A stretch of 64,000 bases of DNA, taken from an uncultured delta proteobacterium. GTDB taxonomy: Bacteria; Myxococcota_A; Polyangia; Polyangiales; Polyangiaceae. The stretch's first letter is position 1. Each line of letters begins with the position of its first letter. The notes beneath the pieces are model-generated. The model was not told the DNA's origin and made no database searches. It saw only the letters and a list, made by a program, of their open reading frames with translations. A program made the position numbers and the translations under genes. Positions 19,595-30,961 of the stretch are shown piece by piece. Location: assembly GCA_963782055.1 (NCBI GenBank), contig CAWAIF010000003.1:992001-1056000 (forward strand), read 5' to 3'.

Positions 19595-22500
19595 ATGCTG
19601 CGGATCGAGTGCGAGTCGTGCAAGGCGCCGTATCAGGTCGACGAGCGACGCGTGCCTCCGCAAGGCCTGAAGATGCGCTGCCCGAAGTGTGGGCACACCT
19701 TCCTGGTCACGCGGCCGGGTGAGGGTGCGTCCGGTCCTGCCGCGCCGCCCAAGAACGCCATGAAGATGACGATGGTCGGCCTGGGTAGTCAGGGTGGGGC
19801 AGACCTCCCGCCGGCGAAGCCGCCCGCGCCGGCGAAGCCGCCCGCGCCACCCGCCCCCGCGCCCGCCGCGCCGCCGCCCGCGGCGCCCGCCGCCGACGAA
19901 GCCGACCTGCCTGCGGCGCGTCCGATGCCGAAGACCTTCGGCCGGCCGGCGCCGCCGCGGCCTGGGGCACCGAAGGCGCCGCCCGTCCCGCCGCGTCCAC
20001 CTCCGCCCAAGCCGGCCGCGGCCGCGCCGCCGGCGCCAGTGGCACCACCACCGCCAACGCCGGAGGAAGCGGATCTCCCTGCGGCGCGCCCCGCGCCCGC
20101 CCGGCCCGGAGCGCGTCCGCCGCCGCCCGCGCCGCTCGCCGCCAGGCCCCCGCCACCCGCCGCGCCCGAGGCGCCCACCTTCGAGGTGGATCTGCCGGCG
20201 GCCCGTCCCGCCCCGCCCAAGCCCGGCGCACGCCCCGCGCCGCCGGCCGCCGCCGCCCCGCCTCCCAACGAGCTGGACGATCTGCTGGGGACCGCAGCGG
20301 ATCTGCCGTCGGCCGCGGTACCGAGGCGCTCGCCCAGCTTCCCGGCCGCGCTCGGCACCATCGACGATTCTGGATCTGCCCGCGCGTCCGGCCGCGGGGG
20401 CGAAGCCCACTGGCGGGTTCGGCGAGATCGACCTGGGCGGTGTCGACCTGCCCGCGGTCGCCGCCGATCTTCCCGCCCGGCCAGCCGCCGGCCTCCCCGC
20501 GCCGAAGGTGGGGGGCCACCCGGTCCGCGGCCCGGCGCCCATCGACTTCGAGCTGGACCTGCCGAGCGCGCCCGCCAAGCCGGCGAAGGACAGCGGCGAG
20601 CTGGACCTCGGCCCCCCCGCCGCGGACCTGCCGATGCCGCTCGCGGCGGGCTTGCCCGCGCGCGCGGACAACCTCCCGGCGCCGGCGGGGATCCTCCCGT
20701 CCCCGGCGGCCGCCGGTGCGCGCCGTGGCGGGGCGGAGCCGGCGTTCGGGGAGATTGACCTGCCCACCGTCGGCGCGGCGCTGCCGGAGGTGGCCTCGCA
20801 GCTCCCGGACGTCGCGGGCGTGCTTCCGCAGGTGGCGAGCTCGCTTCCCCAGGTCGCGGGGACACTGCCCCAGGTCGCGGGGACACTGCCCCAGGTCGCG
20901 GGGACACTGCCCCAGGTCGCGGGGACACTGCCCCAGGTCGCGGGGACACTGCCGCAGGTCGCCAACGTCATGCCCGCGACCGCCGGCAAGGGAGAGCTCG
21001 CCGATTTCGGCGAGCTGGACCTCGGCGCCGTCGACAGGCCGCCCGTGTCCGGTCCCCCCGTGCCCGGCGCCGGCCCCAGCTCGGGGGAGTTCGGCCTCCT
21101 CGATCTCGGCAGCGACCTGAAGAGTGTGCCCCCGTCCGGCCCGCCCGCCGGCCCGCCAGGCCCCGCACCCGGTCAGGCTTCGAGCAACGCCCTGAAGTTC
21201 GGCGAGCTGGATCTCGGTGGCGGGGGCGAGGACGCCTCCATCCAGACCGAGGCTCCCATCCCGTCCTCGCACGGCGGCGGCGGCGAGCTGCCCCTGCCGC
21301 AGGCCCCCGAGGAGCGCGTGTCCGGCGCCGGCACCTCCGGCGAGGTGGCGCTCCCCACCGCGCCGGCGACGCCGAAGCGCGAACGGCCGGAGGGGCAGCG
21401 CAAGCCCTCGCGCGCGGGCAAGGTCGTGCTCGGCGTCCTCGTCGTCATCCTGCTGGGTGGCGGTGCGCTGCAGTTCACCAAGCACGGCGCCTTCGCGTAC
21501 CTGACGATCACCGATCGCCTCCACGCCAAGGACTACGCCGCGGCCACGACGGCGGCGGCGGCGGCGGCGCGCAAGCACATGGACAGGGACCTCTTCCTGG
21601 AGGCGCGCGGCGCGGTCGACGCGCTGGCGCAGGCCCACGACAGGACCCCGCGCGCGCGGGCGCTCTCCGCGTACGCGGCGTTCGGCACCTTCGCCTACGA
21701 GACGCGCTTCGGCTCGGACATCCCACGCGACAACAAGGCGAAGGCCTGGCTCGGCGCGATCAAGACCGAGCCGGAGACCCGCTTCTTGGGCGCCGCCCTC
21801 GCGGCGCAGGACGCCGCCGGCGGCGACTGGGCAAAGGCGCGCACCGGCCTGGAGGCCGCGAGCAAGCACGACCTGGGCGACCCCATCCAGCAGGACATCG
21901 CCTACCTGCGCGGCGAGGTGGAGCTCGCGGCCGGCAACCCGAAGGCCGCGACCACCTTCTTCACCACCGCGATGAAGGGCGGCAGCACCGCGCGCGGTCA
22001 CTTCGGTCTGGCGCGCGCCGCGCACGCACTGGGTGACGACACCACCGCGACGAAGGAGGTGGCCACCACGCTCGCCGCCACGCCCAACCACCCGGGCGCG
22101 CTGCTGCTGCGCGCGCGCATCGAGTGGGCGTCGCTCGACGAGAAGGCGGCGCTGGCCGACCTCGCCACCGTGGCGGAGGGCCCGGCGAAGGTGAACGCGG
22201 CGCCGCGGCAGGTGGCGGCGGCCTTCGCGCTGCGCGGCGACATCCACGCGGCGCGAGGCCGTGGGAGCGAGGCGCGCGCGGCGTTCGACGCGGCGCTCAA
22301 GCTGGAGCCGCGCAACGTCACGGCGCTCTTCGGCCAGGGGCAGCTCCTCTACGACGAAGGCCGTTACACCGAGGCCCTCTCGCGGTTCGACACCGCGCTC
22401 GGCGCGGCCCCTGCCGACTTGAGGGTCATCGCCGCCGACGCCATGACCAAGCTGAAGCTGGAGCGTCTCAAGGACGCCAAGGACCAGCTCACCGCCGCCC

Positions 22501-23858
22501 ACGCGAAGTTCCCCAAGTCGGTGCGCATCGCCAACGTCCTGTCCAAGGTGGACACCGCCCTCGGCGACAAGAAGGCCGCCGAGAAGCTGCTGCAGGAGGC
22601 GACGGAGCTCGCCACCGCCAAGGACGGCGACGACGCCATCGACGTCTACATCGCGTACGTCGGCTTCCTCGCGAGCGACGGCCGCACCAAGGACGCCGAC
22701 GCCAAGCTGGAGGAGATGAAGGGCAAGCTGCCCGACTCGCCGAAGATGCAGCGCGCCCTGGGCGACTACCTCGCCTCTCGCGGCAAGTACGACGAGGCGG
22801 TGGGTCACCTGCGCGACGCGCTCGCCAAGGACCCGGAGGACGTCTCCACCCGCTTCGACCTGGGCGTGACCCTCCGCCACATGGGCAAGATGGACGAGGC
22901 GTCGGCCGAGCTGGACCGCGTGCTCGCCGCCGACAAGGACTACCCCGGGCTGGCGCTGGAGCGCGGCCTGCTCTTCGAGGAGTCCGGGCAGGTGGACAAG
23001 GCCCTCGAGCAGTTCAAGAACGCGCTCGCCAAGGCGCCCGACGACCCTGACCTCATGCTTCGCGTGGGCGCGGCGTACGTCGCCATCGGCCGCCCGGACG
23101 ACGCGCTGCCCATGCTGCGCAAGGTCCTCGACAAGCGCAGCTCCAGCGCCGAGGCCAACCACTACCTGGGGCGCGCGCTCTTCGCGAAGGACCACCAGAG
23201 CGCCGACGCGATGCGCTACCTGAAGCACGCCGTCGAGCTGGACCCCAACCGCCCGGAGTACCACCTGTACGTCGCCTGGGCGGCGAACGAGGCGAGCCCC
23301 GCCGAGCTCGGCCTCGCCAAGGACGAGGTCGACAAGGCGCTGAAGCTCGACCAGCTCCTGCCCGAGGCGTACTGGCAGCGCGGCGAGGTGGAGCGCAAGG
23401 AGGGCGCCGTCGACGACGCTCTCAAGGACCTGCGCCACGCCCTGGAGCTCCGCCCAGGCCGCTTCGAGGCGCACGCCACGATGGCCGAGTGTTACGAGGA
23501 CAAGAACCAGACGGAGACGGCCATCGCCGAGTGGCGCAAGGCGCTGGCAGGCGACGCGAACAACGCCTTCTGGCACTACCGCTTCGGCAAGCTGCTGCTC
23601 GACCGCAACGCCGCGGCGGAGGCCGCCCAGAACCTGACGTTCGCGGTGGACGCCGGGCTGAAGGCGGACAACCGGCCGCCGTGGCTCACCGACGCCGAGT
23701 TCAACGCCGCCGAGGCGCTCCGCAGGAGCGGGCACCGCAAGGAGGCCATCGACCTGTACCGGAAGTTCCTGCAGGTCGCGCCCACCAACTCCCCCGACCG
23801 CCGCGACGCCTTCAACGCGCTCAACGCGCTGGGGGCATCCGCCAACCCGGACAACTGA
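19595..23858 (+). CDS. MJ0042-type zinc-ribbon / Pro-rich linker / TM / TPR protein, interrupted by a +1 frameshift near 20369
   Basis: MLRIECESCKAPYQV...MRCPKCGHTF in one frame; the DLP-repeat linker, TM (VVLGVLVVILLGGGAL) and many TPRs continue in the next frame after GAC GAT T CTG GAT CTG. Confidence 0.8.
20847..20951 (+). repeat. Coding 21-bp tandem repeat, 5 perfect copies of CCCCAGGTCGCGGGGACACTG (PQVAGTL)
   Basis: Read directly; flanked by degenerate heptads LPEVASQ, LPDVAGV, LPQVASS and LPQVANV. Confidence 0.95.
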
Positions 23859-23866
23859 GGCGTCGC

Positions 23867-24715
23867 TCAGCCTGGCAGGCTCGCGGCGACCCGGGCGAAG
23901 TCCTCCGGGAGCAGGGTCTCGCCGCGCGCGCCCAGCGACACCCCCGCGGCCTCTGCCGCGCGCTCCAGGACCTCGCGCGGGGCGACGCCCTTCCACGCGT
24001 TGCGCAGCGTCTTGCGGCGCGCGCCGAAGGCTGCCCGCACCAGCGCGCGGAACGTGCCCGTCTCCTCGATCCGCGCCGCCCGCGGCACCAGCGCCACCAC
24101 CGCGCTGTCCACCTCGGGCGCGGGGTAGAAGCTCCCCCGGGAGACGGCGAGCACCCGGGTCACGTCGAAGGCGGCCCGCACGAAGACGGTGAGCGCGCCG
24201 TACTCCTTGCCGCCGGGCGCCGCCAGCAGGCGCGCGGCGACCTCCGCCTGGACCATCACCACCGCCCGCTCCATGACACGTGCATTCTGCACGCATCGCT
24301 CCAGCAGCGGGCCGGTGAGCTGGTAGGGCAGGTTGCCGGCGAGGACGCGCGGCGCCTCGGCGCCCAGCAGCGCGCCGAGGTCCACCCGCTTCGCGTCCGC
24401 CTCCTGGACGTCCAGCGCGCCGCGGGCGATCGCGCCGGCGAAGGTCGCGCGCAGCAGCGGCACCAGGTCGCGGTCGCGCTCCACCCCCACCACCCGCCGC
24501 GCCCGCTCGAGCAGCGCCGCGGTGAGCACCCCGGTGCCCGCGCCGATCTCCACCACCACCGCGCGGCCCACCTCGGCCTCGGGCACGCAGGCGCGCGCGA
24601 TGGCGTCGACGGCGTGGGGGGAGACCAGGAAGTTCTGCCCGAAGCTCTTCTTGGGCGCGAGCCCCGCCTCGCGCAGGACGCGTCGCGGGTCCGCGCGCTC
24701 GCCGCCCGACGTCAC
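23867..24715 (-). CDS. rsmA: 16S rRNA m6,2A1518/1519 dimethyltransferase
   Basis: PKKSFGQNFL, VEIGAGTGVLT, GNLPYQ, MVQAEVAARL, FYPAPEVDSAVV, RRKTLRN; GTGA overlap with the DUF58 gene. Confidence 0.94.
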   Translation of the reverse strand: MTSGGERADPRRVLREAGLAPKKSFGQNFLVSPHAVDAIARACVPEAEVGRAVVVEIGAGTGVLTAALLERARRVVGVERDRDLVPLLRATFAGAIARGALDVQEADAKRVDLGALLGAEAPRVLAGNLPYQLTGPLLERCVQNARVMERAVVMVQAEVAARLLAAPGGKEYGALTVFVRAAFDVTRVLAVSRGSFYPAPEVDSAVVALVPRAARIEETGTFRALVRAAFGARRKTLRNAWKGVAPREVLERAAEAAGVSLGARGETLLPEDFARVAASLPG

Positions 24716-26340
24716 GACTCCTCGCCCGTGGGCTTCGCCGCGGCGGGCTCCGCCTCGACCGGAGCCTCCGTCGCCGGCCGCGGGCGCGTCTCCAGGCGTC
24801 GCAAGGGCCGAGCGCCCAGTCGCCGGAGCACGTGCTCCTCCTTGTTGCGCAGCACCGCCGCGCGGACGCGCACCGCCTCGAAGACGGCGTGGCGTACCCG
24901 CGACGCGCTCTCGTCGTCGGCGTCCTCGGGCAGGTCCACGGCCGGCAGCACCCACCGCACCTCGACGTGCCGGTTGCGCAGCCGCCGCACCGCCTGGGCG
25001 AGCGCCGAGGCGCCCGGCGGCGCGGGCGCCCACACCTGCACGATGCTCGGCCGCAGCTTCTCCTTGAGCAGCTTGTCGAAGGCCGCCGCCAGCATGGTGG
25101 CCGTCTTCTCCCGCTCACCCTCGGTGCGGGGCGGGACCTCGATGCCGAAGCTCGCCAGGTAGTGACGCAGCGTGCGGTCCCGCGCGCTCGCCGCCTGCGG
25201 CAGGCGCGGCGCGAACGGCGCGCGCGAGCGCAGCGACTCGGCGCGGGAGGCCAGGCGCGCCAGGTCGCCGCGGCCCACGTCGGCCAGGCCGCGCGGGTCG
25301 AGCGGCCGCGCGTGCTCGGCGACGCGCTGCGCGACCTCGGTCTCGTCCAGGTCGCAGCGGTCGGCGTCCACCATGCTCGCGGCGCTCGCCAGCGCCGCGG
25401 CGATCTTCATGGCGTGCGCCGGGCCGGAGCGCGGCGGCAACCAGGTGCGCAGCCGCGACGCCGAGACCACCAGGCCGACCCTGTCGCCCTTGGCGAGGTG
25501 GCGAGCCGTCATCGCCGCCACCTCCTCCACGGCGTGGTCCAGCGGCGCGTGACCCGGCTCCCCCGCCCAGAGCTCCACCGAGGCGTCCAGCACCAGCCAC
25601 ACGACGTCGCGCTGATCGCGCTCCATCTCGCGCACCATCAGCTTGCCGCGGCGCGCGCTCGCCTTCCACGCGATGCGCTTGAACGGGTCGCCTGGAACGT
25701 GGTCGCGCAGCTCCTTCAGGGTCTCTCCCTCGCCGGCGAGGTTGGTCGGCCGCCCGGCCTCGACCCCGCGGCGCGCGCGCCCGCCGCGCGGGGAGTCCAC
25801 CAGCAGCTTGAGCGGCACCGGCAGCACCTCCACGCCGAAGGGGTTGGCGAACATGAGCGGCACCTCGTACAGGCTCTCGCTCGCCGCCTCGGTGCCACGC
25901 ACCTCCAGCGCCATGCCGTGCACGCCCCAGCGGCCCACGCGCTTCGCCTTCACGCTCACCTTCACGAAGACGCGGCTCTCCGGCGGCAGGTCGACGACCG
26001 CAGGCTCAATCGTCGCCTCCAGCATGCTGGAGGTGATGACGCGCAGCGCGACGCCGCGCATGTCGTCCACGCCGCGGTTGCGCAGCTCGGCCTCCATCTC
26101 CACCACGCCGCCCTTGCTCGTCCGCGCGACGCGCTTGGGGGTGTTCCACACCATCTCGAAGCCCGCGGCGCGCAGGCGCGTCACGGCGGTGAGGGCCATC
26201 GAGCGGCCGACGGCGACGGCGAGCACCATCGCCGCGCCGAAGGCGACGACGGCAGGCGTCTTGATCGCCATGCCCGCCGCGAGCACCGCCGCCCCGGCGA
26301 AGGCGACGTGGAAGGTGGGGCGTGTGGGGTGGAGCCGCAC
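24712..26340 (-). CDS. DUF58 family protein (MoxR partner)
   Basis: LRDHVPGDPFKRIAWKASARRGKLMVREME, VLDAS, GDRVGL; N-terminal TM pair. Confidence 0.85.
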   Translation of the reverse strand: MRLHPTRPTFHVAFAGAAVLAAGMAIKTPAVVAFGAAMVLAVAVGRSMALTAVTRLRAAGFEMVWNTPKRVARTSKGGVVEMEAELRNRGVDDMRGVALRVITSSMLEATIEPAVVDLPPESRVFVKVSVKAKRVGRWGVHGMALEVRGTEAASESLYEVPLMFANPFGVEVLPVPLKLLVDSPRGGRARRGVEAGRPTNLAGEGETLKELRDHVPGDPFKRIAWKASARRGKLMVREMERDQRDVVWLVLDASVELWAGEPGHAPLDHAVEEVAAMTARHLAKGDRVGLVVSASRLRTWLPPRSGPAHAMKIAAALASAASMVDADRCDLDETEVAQRVAEHARPLDPRGLADVGRGDLARLASRAESLRSRAPFAPRLPQAASARDRTLRHYLASFGIEVPPRTEGEREKTATMLAAAFDKLLKEKLRPSIVQVWAPAPPGASALAQAVRRLRNRHVEVRWVLPAVDLPEDADDESASRVRHAVFEAVRVRAAVLRNKEEHVLRRLGARPLRRLETRPRPATEAPVEAEPAAAKPTGEES

Positions 26341-26349
26341 GTCACCGCT

Positions 26350-27318
<969 letters not shown>

Positions 27319-27330
27319 TGGGCGTGGATC

Positions 27331-28707
27331 CTAGCTCAGCGCGGGGCCGTCGGCATAGTGGGCCGCGTTCTCCCTGGCCTCGGCGAGGATGCGCGTGGCC
27401 TCGTTGGAGCAGAGGACCACCTCGGCGTCGTGGACGCGCCGCATGGCCTCCGCCCGGCGCGACAGTACGAGCGTCTCCACCTCGCCCATGCGCTTGAGCA
27501 GCACCCGCAGCGCGCTCGCCGCCCGCGCCGACAGCAGGCCGCGGTCCTGGGCGCTCTGAGCGAGCGCGTCCGGCGCCGGCGCGCGGTCCATGCCCAGCAG
27601 GCTGGCCATCTCTTCCTCCACCGCCGACTTGATCTCCAGCACGGCCAGCGCGCGCGTGGTCCCGGGCGCGGCGACCACCGCCGCGTGTCCGGCGACGCCG
27701 CCCTGCGCGGCGAGCGGCACCGCGCGGGTGTAGCGCGGGACGATGGCCCGGTGGACCCGGCCCGCGCGCGATCCCACCCAGAGCACCAGCCCCAGGCCCA
27801 CCGCGATGGCGAGGAGGTAGGCGACGAGGGGCGGCGCGCCCTCGTCGCGGAGCTGGGTCCACATCTCCGCGATGGCGTGCAGGTGTCCCTTGAGCCTCCC
27901 GGAGAGGGACGCGTCTCCGAAGCTCCCCGTCTGCGCGAAGTCGCCCGAGACGACGTACAGCTTGCCGTGACGCGACCACGCGGCGTCGTCCTCCACGGCG
28001 TACTCGATGACGTTGCGCGCGAAGGTCCGGTTGCCCGGGTAGCGGAGCATGCCGTTGATGACGATGGACGAGTCGCCCACCGCGAGCAGCCGGCCCGCCC
28101 CCACCGCGCCGGCCATGGCGACCAGCACGCCCCGACCACTGCCGGCGCCGCGCACCTGCAGCAGCGGGGAGAGGTCGGGGTGCTTCAGGCCGGTGGCGTG
28201 GTTGAGCACCACCCGCCGCACGCCGCGCACCGCCGGGTGGGCGCCGTCCTCGTCCGCCGGCTCGGCGATCGCGAAGGCGGGCTTGCCGCGCAGCATCAGG
28301 GCCGGGTGCGCAGGGAGCGCCGTGCGCTCGATGCCGAAGTGCCGCAGCAGCTCGTCGCTGGTGCCGAAGTCGTCCAGGACGATGACCCTGCCGCCGTCGT
28401 GCATGAAGCGCGACAGGCTGTCGATGTCCAGCGCGTGCTGGGGGTGAACCAGCACCACCCCGTCCTCGCGGCGCAGGGTGTCGTAGCTCAGGGTGCTGGT
28501 CGCCACGACGCGCGCGGGGGTCAGATCCTCGCGCGCCAGGTCCATGAAGTCGGACAGCCCCTGCCAGTCTCGACCGGACGTGTCGAAGGGGGCAGCCACA
28601 GCCGTGCCACGAAGGGTGCAGAGTGCAACGATGCCCAGGAGCACCAAAAAAACCGCGGGTCCCCGCGGCCTTGCGCGTGGCGGTGAGCGACGCGACATCT
28701 CAGCCAT
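27331..28707 (-). CDS. DUF4350 / GldG-like membrane-anchored protein
   Basis: Signal/TM, WQGLSDF, FMHDGGRVIVLDD, GAGRLLAVGDSSIVINGML..GN, internal TM; upstream of moxR. Confidence 0.7.
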   Translation of the reverse strand: MAEMSRRSPPRARPRGPAVFLVLLGIVALCTLRGTAVAAPFDTSGRDWQGLSDFMDLAREDLTPARVVATSTLSYDTLRREDGVVLVHPQHALDIDSLSRFMHDGGRVIVLDDFGTSDELLRHFGIERTALPAHPALMLRGKPAFAIAEPADEDGAHPAVRGVRRVVLNHATGLKHPDLSPLLQVRGAGSGRGVLVAMAGAVGAGRLLAVGDSSIVINGMLRYPGNRTFARNVIEYAVEDDAAWSRHGKLYVVSGDFAQTGSFGDASLSGRLKGHLHAIAEMWTQLRDEGAPPLVAYLLAIAVGLGLVLWVGSRAGRVHRAIVPRYTRAVPLAAQGGVAGHAAVVAAPGTTRALAVLEIKSAVEEEMASLLGMDRAPAPDALAQSAQDRGLLSARAASALRVLLKRMGEVETLVLSRRAEAMRRVHDAEVVLCSNEATRILAEARENAAHYADGPALS

Positions 28708-28774
28708 GGCCGGCCATCGACCTGGAAGCATAGCGTCAAGCGGCGCCCTCCGCCGCGCCGGAGCAGCCGTTCTC

Positions 28775-28802
28775 TTGACCGCTCGGGTGGCGTTGCTACG
28801 TT
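28775..28802 (+). promoter_or_regulatory. Sigma70-type promoter of the small ORF
   Basis: TTGACC-N16-TACGTT with extended -10 TG. Confidence 0.55.
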
Positions 28803-28845
28803 AGCTGCAGGTAGGCGGCCGTATTCCCGAGGAGGCTCCTCGCAC

Positions 28846-29007
28846 ATGCTCCCTCCCTTCATCATCGAGCAAATCCGCAAGCGCGAGAGCGAAGAGCACG
28901 TGCGCAGGGAGCAGCCCCAGCTCGAGTTGCCGCTGGAGCCTGCCCGGCGTCCCTCCGTGGACCCGCAGGAAGAAGAGCGCCGCGGCGTCATCATCGTGGA
29001 GCTCTGA
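28846..29007 (+). CDS. 53-aa small protein, absent from the ORF track
   Basis: MLPPFIIEQIRKRESEEHVRREQPQLELPLEPARRPSVDPQEEERRGVIIVEL*; GGAGG RBS, upstream promoter and host-like codon usage. Confidence 0.75.
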   Translation: MLPPFIIEQIRKRESEEHVRREQPQLELPLEPARRPSVDPQEEERRGVIIVEL

Positions 29008-29128
29008 AGGCGCGTCCGGCCTCGCCCACGCACCTTCGGCGCCCGACGCGTAGCGGAGGGTCTGTGGAAGTGGGGCAAAACCTCTCCCTTGGCGTTGCGC
29101 GTCTGGCCGACTAGGCTCCGCCCCGTCC

Positions 29129-30961
29129 ATGGGCGCGGCACCGGGAAAATCGACGCACACCCCGCGAGCCTTCGGCCCTCGCTCGCGCGGGCTGCAGGCG
29201 CTGGGCCTCGTCGCCGGCCTCTGCGTCGGGGCGGGGCTCGTGCCCGGCTGCTACACCGACGCGGGTGGTGGCCAGCCCCCGCCGACAGCCCAGTTCTACT
29301 TCCCGGTGGCGCTCGCCGTGTCCCGCGGCGGCAACGTGCTCTACGCCGTGAACTCCGATTTCGACCTGCAGTGGAACGGCGGCACCCTCCAGGCTTACGA
29401 CCTGCACCTGATCCGCAAGCACGCGGTCGCGGCCATCGCCGACCCGCGCGATCCCATGCTCCCGGTGCCGAAGGAGTTCCTCCCGCCGCCCAACGCGTGC
29501 CCGGGCAACCCCCCCGCCGCCCGCCCCGACGGGTCCGGCCGCGCGCAGCCCTCCGGCTGGACCTGCGTCCCGCCGACGGACGCCGCCTTCTACGAGCGCG
29601 ACTCGGTCATCGTGGGCGCGTTCGCCACCGATCTGCGCCTCGCCCTGGGCGGCTCGCGCCTCTTCGCGCCCATACGCGGGGACGCGTCGCTGACCTGGGC
29701 CAACGTGGCGCCGGACGATCCGGGCGTGGCCCCGACCCAGGACGCCACCGCCGAGACCTACGCCCCCTTCCGCATCGACTGCGGCACCCGCACCAGCGAC
29801 GGCCGCTGCGATCAGGCCCACCACGCCGGCGACGACCCCAACGAGCCTGGTAACACGCGCAACATCACCATGCCCGGCGAGCCCTTCGGCATCGCCCTCA
29901 CGGAGGATGGCACCGGGCTCATCGTCACCCACCAGACGGACACCAAGACCAGCCTCTTCTCCACCGGCAACGGCGGGCCCGCGGGAGACACGCCCGCGCT
30001 GCAGTACGTCCTCGACGGCCTGCCCACCGGGGGGATCGCGGCCGCCGCCATCCCGCACGACCCGCTCGCCTACCCGGAGTGCATCGCCTCCGTGGACTCG
30101 CCCGCGTGCGCCGCCGCCATGCCGCGAGAGGCCTTCCTGCAGACGAGCCGTGCGGTCGCGGCGGTGAGCCTCATCCGCTACTACAGCGACGACGGCACGT
30201 TCTCCGCCGGCAGCACGGGCACCACGTCGGCGCCCTATCGTCCGTACCTCATCAACGAGGCGAACGCCGCCATCACCGCCCAGGCAGGCGGGACCGACTC
30301 CCGCGGGATCGTCATCGACCCCACGCCCCGCATCCGGTGCGAGGCGGCCGTCCCCGCGGCCGACCCCTTCGCGACCCCGCCGCGCACGCAGGCGGACGTC
30401 GACGCCGACATCCTCGCGTGCGCCCGGCGCCCCGCCCGCGTCTTCATCGCCAGCCGCTCGCCCGCGGCGCTCCTCTACGGAGAGGTGGGCGACCGCAGCA
30501 GCACCGACGGCACCTACGACGCCGACTCCTTCCGCATCTCCGGCAACGTGCCGCTGCCCGCGGGGCCGTCGCAGGTCTACCTGGCCCCCATCGTGGACGC
30601 GACCGGCCACTATGCGCTGCGCATCTTCGCCGTCTGCTACGACGCCAGCCAGATCATCGTGCTGGACCCCGACGGCGGCCCAGACGGTCCGTCGCTCGAG
30701 TCGGTCATCGACGTCGGCCCTGGCCCCTTCGGCATGGCCTTCGACCCGTTCGACATGCACGACGTCGCGCTCCACGCCGAGGTGCCGATCGACACGCGCG
30801 ACCCCTCGCTCCTGCTGCGCCGCTACCGCTTCGCCTACGTGGCCAGCTTCACCCAGTCCTACGTGCAGGTCGTCGATCTCGACGGGGCGCGCCCGGACAA
30901 GAGCACCTACGCGACCGTCGTCTACAAGGTGGGCGTGCCGACCGCGCCGAAGGGATCGTGA
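29129..30961 (+). CDS. Cys-containing lipoprotein, probable beta-propeller
   Basis: Lipobox-like VPGC; FYFPVALAVSRGGNVLYAVNSDFD, EPFGIAL, VIDVGPGPFGMAF, AYVASFTQSYVQVVDL; TTGGCG-N17-TAGGCT upstream. Confidence 0.7.
   Translation: MGAAPGKSTHTPRAFGPRSRGLQALGLVAGLCVGAGLVPGCYTDAGGGQPPPTAQFYFPVALAVSRGGNVLYAVNSDFDLQWNGGTLQAYDLHLIRKHAVAAIADPRDPMLPVPKEFLPPPNACPGNPPAARPDGSGRAQPSGWTCVPPTDAAFYERDSVIVGAFATDLRLALGGSRLFAPIRGDASLTWANVAPDDPGVAPTQDATAETYAPFRIDCGTRTSDGRCDQAHHAGDDPNEPGNTRNITMPGEPFGIALTEDGTGLIVTHQTDTKTSLFSTGNGGPAGDTPALQYVLDGLPTGGIAAAAIPHDPLAYPECIASVDSPACAAAMPREAFLQTSRAVAAVSLIRYYSDDGTFSAGSTGTTSAPYRPYLINEANAAITAQAGGTDSRGIVIDPTPRIRCEAAVPAADPFATPPRTQADVDADILACARRPARVFIASRSPAALLYGEVGDRSSTDGTYDADSFRISGNVPLPAGPSQVYLAPIVDATGHYALRIFAVCYDASQIIVLDPDGGPDGPSLESVIDVGPGPFGMAFDPFDMHDVALHAEVPIDTRDPSLLLRRYRFAYVASFTQSYVQVVDLDGARPDKSTYATVVYKVGVPTAPKGS

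Noticed and set aside
20847..20951. 21-bp repeats as a possible CRISPR array
   Set aside because: The copies are head-to-tail with no spacers, in frame inside a CDS, and no cas genes are present.
18260..20989. 909-aa ORF suggesting a repeat domain fused to the trans-sulfuration enzyme
   Set aside because: The N-terminal 500 aa are the antisense reading of the zinc-ribbon/TPR gene. The enzyme begins near 19486.
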